Below are positions 1 through 64,000 of a DNA stretch of 64,000 nucleotides, piece after piece (the stretch's first letter is position 1; each line of letters starts with the position of its first letter). The position numbers and the translations under genes are program-made. The notes under the pieces are model-generated. The model had not been told where the DNA came from. It did no database searches and was given only the letters and a program-made list of their open reading frames with translations. Origin of the DNA: Eledone cirrhosa (lineage: Eukaryota); contig OZ024740.1 in the NCBI GenBank assembly GCA_964016885.1, positions 353,028,001 through 353,092,000 on the forward strand. Reading direction: 5' to 3'.

Positions 1-42
1 ATACATACATATATATATATATATATAATATATATATAATAT

Positions 43-91
<49 letters not shown>

Positions 92-99
92 TATAATAT

Positions 100-171
<72 letters not shown>

Positions 172-230
172 CATATATATATATATAGATACATACATAT
201 ATATATATACATACACATATATATATGTGT
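1..230. repeat. (TA)n microsatellite
   Basis: Directly visible. Confidence 0.95.
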
Positions 231-651
231 GTGTTCTTGTATGTGTGTGTATTTTGCGTGCGAACGTATGTATATAAAATATATGAAATTGAGGTTGATA
301 TTTTATGAAATAATTAAAAGTTGTAACATGCATTTTTCTGTTAAAAGCAGGAAAATTGTATTTAGCTACAATTATATATTCAGTCATTTTATGTAGCTAA
401 TATTTTCATTTATATAGGCTTTGCTTTGGCTTATTGCAAGTGAGTTGCGGTGTACAGGTTATAAATGGAATATTATTGCTTCCAAGCCAATACGATTCGA
501 AATATTGGAGAAACTGATGTGGAATGCCTAAGGAAACAGTATAACCATTACATTGCAAATCCCAACACAACGGCATGCATGTCTACAAATTCAATACATA
601 TCGGGTGGATACATATCGACAAAGCGGTAATGAACTCTCATATAATTGCGC

Positions 652-712
652 ATGTATGTATGTATGTATGTATGTATGTATGTATGTATGTATGTATGTA
701 TGTATGTATGTA

Positions 713-747
<35 letters not shown>

Positions 748-945
748 ATATGTGTATGTGTGTGTGAGTGTGTATTCATGTATATATGTATGTGTGTATG
801 TATGTGTGAGTGTGTATGCATGTATGTATGAATGTATGTATGTGTGAGTGTGTATGTATGTATGCTTGTATGTATGCTTGTATGTATGTATGTATGTATG
901 TATGTATGTATGCTTGTATGTATGCTTGTATGTATGCTTGTATGT
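652..945. repeat. (TATG)n/(TG)n compound microsatellite
   Basis: Directly visible. Confidence 0.95.
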
Positions 946-949
946 CATT

Positions 950-1480
950 TTATGTCAGGTCACCAGTTGGTGCTACTGGTAACATGTATCCCAGTACAAC
1001 CTGTCTCATGGTCGGGTCGTTGGCGACTAAACTGGCAACCCCACCAAGGTTTCTTGGTGAGGAGGGTGACTTTGGACTAAAAACAAAACCTGTCAAAGGG
1101 CAAAGGAGCTCGTAAGATCAATGGCCATCCAAAATCTCTGGGAGAGATGACCCTTAGCCTTTGTCAAGGCAGAATTCTAGGAGAAGGAAAACTCTGATAT
1201 AACACCTGCAACCCTGATGGTATCTGATGATGTTGACTTGTTCTTCTTTTTGGTAAATATCATCTTGGTTAAGAGAGTGGGACTGGCTTTGTGCAATGCC
1301 TTTGCTCACTATAAAAGCTTCACGGCACAGGCATTGCTTTATATCTGGAGATCTCTCTGCACTTGTCATCACATGGTACCATGGGCCCAGCACTATGTGT
1401 CAATAATTGTCACAAGTGTAGTGTTTGTACCAGAGTTTTCAAGTCACTGGCTGGACTAAAAAGTCACACTTGTTCAGCGC
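950..1480 (+). mobile_element. Probable retroelement 5' region fragment
   Basis: GC-richer non-microsatellite block between (TATG)n tracts containing ggagaaggaaaactctga; family assignment from recollection only. Confidence 0.3.
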
Positions 1481-1723
1481 ATCGGTAGGGGTTCTCCTAC
1501 ATGGATATAAAGTAGTGGCCGTACTCGAAAACGAGTTGGCAGCCACCATGTATGTACGCACCTATGTATGTATTGTATGTATGCATATATATATATGTAT
1601 GTATTGTATGTATGCATATATATATATATATATAATATGCATACATACAATACGTATATATATATATATATATGTACATATATAAATATGCATAAATACA
1701 ATACATATATATATATATATATA

Positions 1724-1840
<117 letters not shown>

Positions 1841-2236
1841 AACTACGAAATTAATTATTCTAAGCCTATAGTTCGATACTCATTTGTTTCCACCACATCA
1901 CATTCCAACATGAATGTTAGAACATAAACATGTTTTAACGAGGCAGATTTCAGTGGAAATCTTGGCATTCAAAATCTTCAATAAATAGCCTTTATATAAT
2001 CTAACTTTTCAGATAGGAAAATTGCTATAAATTATATTTTATCAGCAATATTATCCTGTAATTAATTTGAATTAAACTTGATTGTATTACTGTCAAGCAA
2101 AATACGATGTTAATTTTACATTCTTGAATATTTATTTTAGGGAGTTTAATTTATGCTTTCGAGTAATATATAGTTAAGGAATTTATCAACGCAATATAAT
2201 GAGGACGTTTCATGCATAATCATAAACAAACCACAC

Positions 2237-64000
<61,764 letters not shown>

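Noticed and set aside
471-527. Possible terminal exon (tgtttccttag|GIPHQFLQYFESYWLGKQ*)
   Set aside because: Plausible acceptor but short, no homology and no supporting evidence

Overview
AT-rich, microsatellite-dense eukaryotic DNA. The SINE families look like those of octopus/coleoid cephalopods; this is recalled resemblance, not a database match. The window is almost entirely the interior of one very large minus-strand gene that is open at the right (5') edge. By hand I read 67 symmetric phase-1 exons (AG...GT, mostly 174 or 177 nt). Each encodes one ~58-aa repeat predicted to be helical (consensus ~G/D-xKSPDxLRxxLxxAxxxKDKxxLEKAIxECxxAG[YM]PELxxDLxxARxxLExLGGGxG), about 3,900 aa in total, and there are two non-repeat phase-1 exons. 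Exons alternate between two classes in a 4-exon period (C-B-A-D in transcript order), with an older 8-exon duplication at 16-36 kb. At 54.1-64 kb a near-identical 1752-bp, 4-exon unit is amplified about 5.6 times and starts at a chimeric exon. About 40 donors are G|GTTAG, i.e. an in-frame stop if unspliced. Introns hold (TA)n-embedded long palindromes, minimal type-I hammerhead ribozyme motifs typical of Penelope-like retroelements, a recurring bulged hairpin motif, SINEs, an RTE-type LINE fragment and a ~6.4-kb (TA)n tract. The long YI/CV/TH ORFs in the track are microsatellite artefacts.
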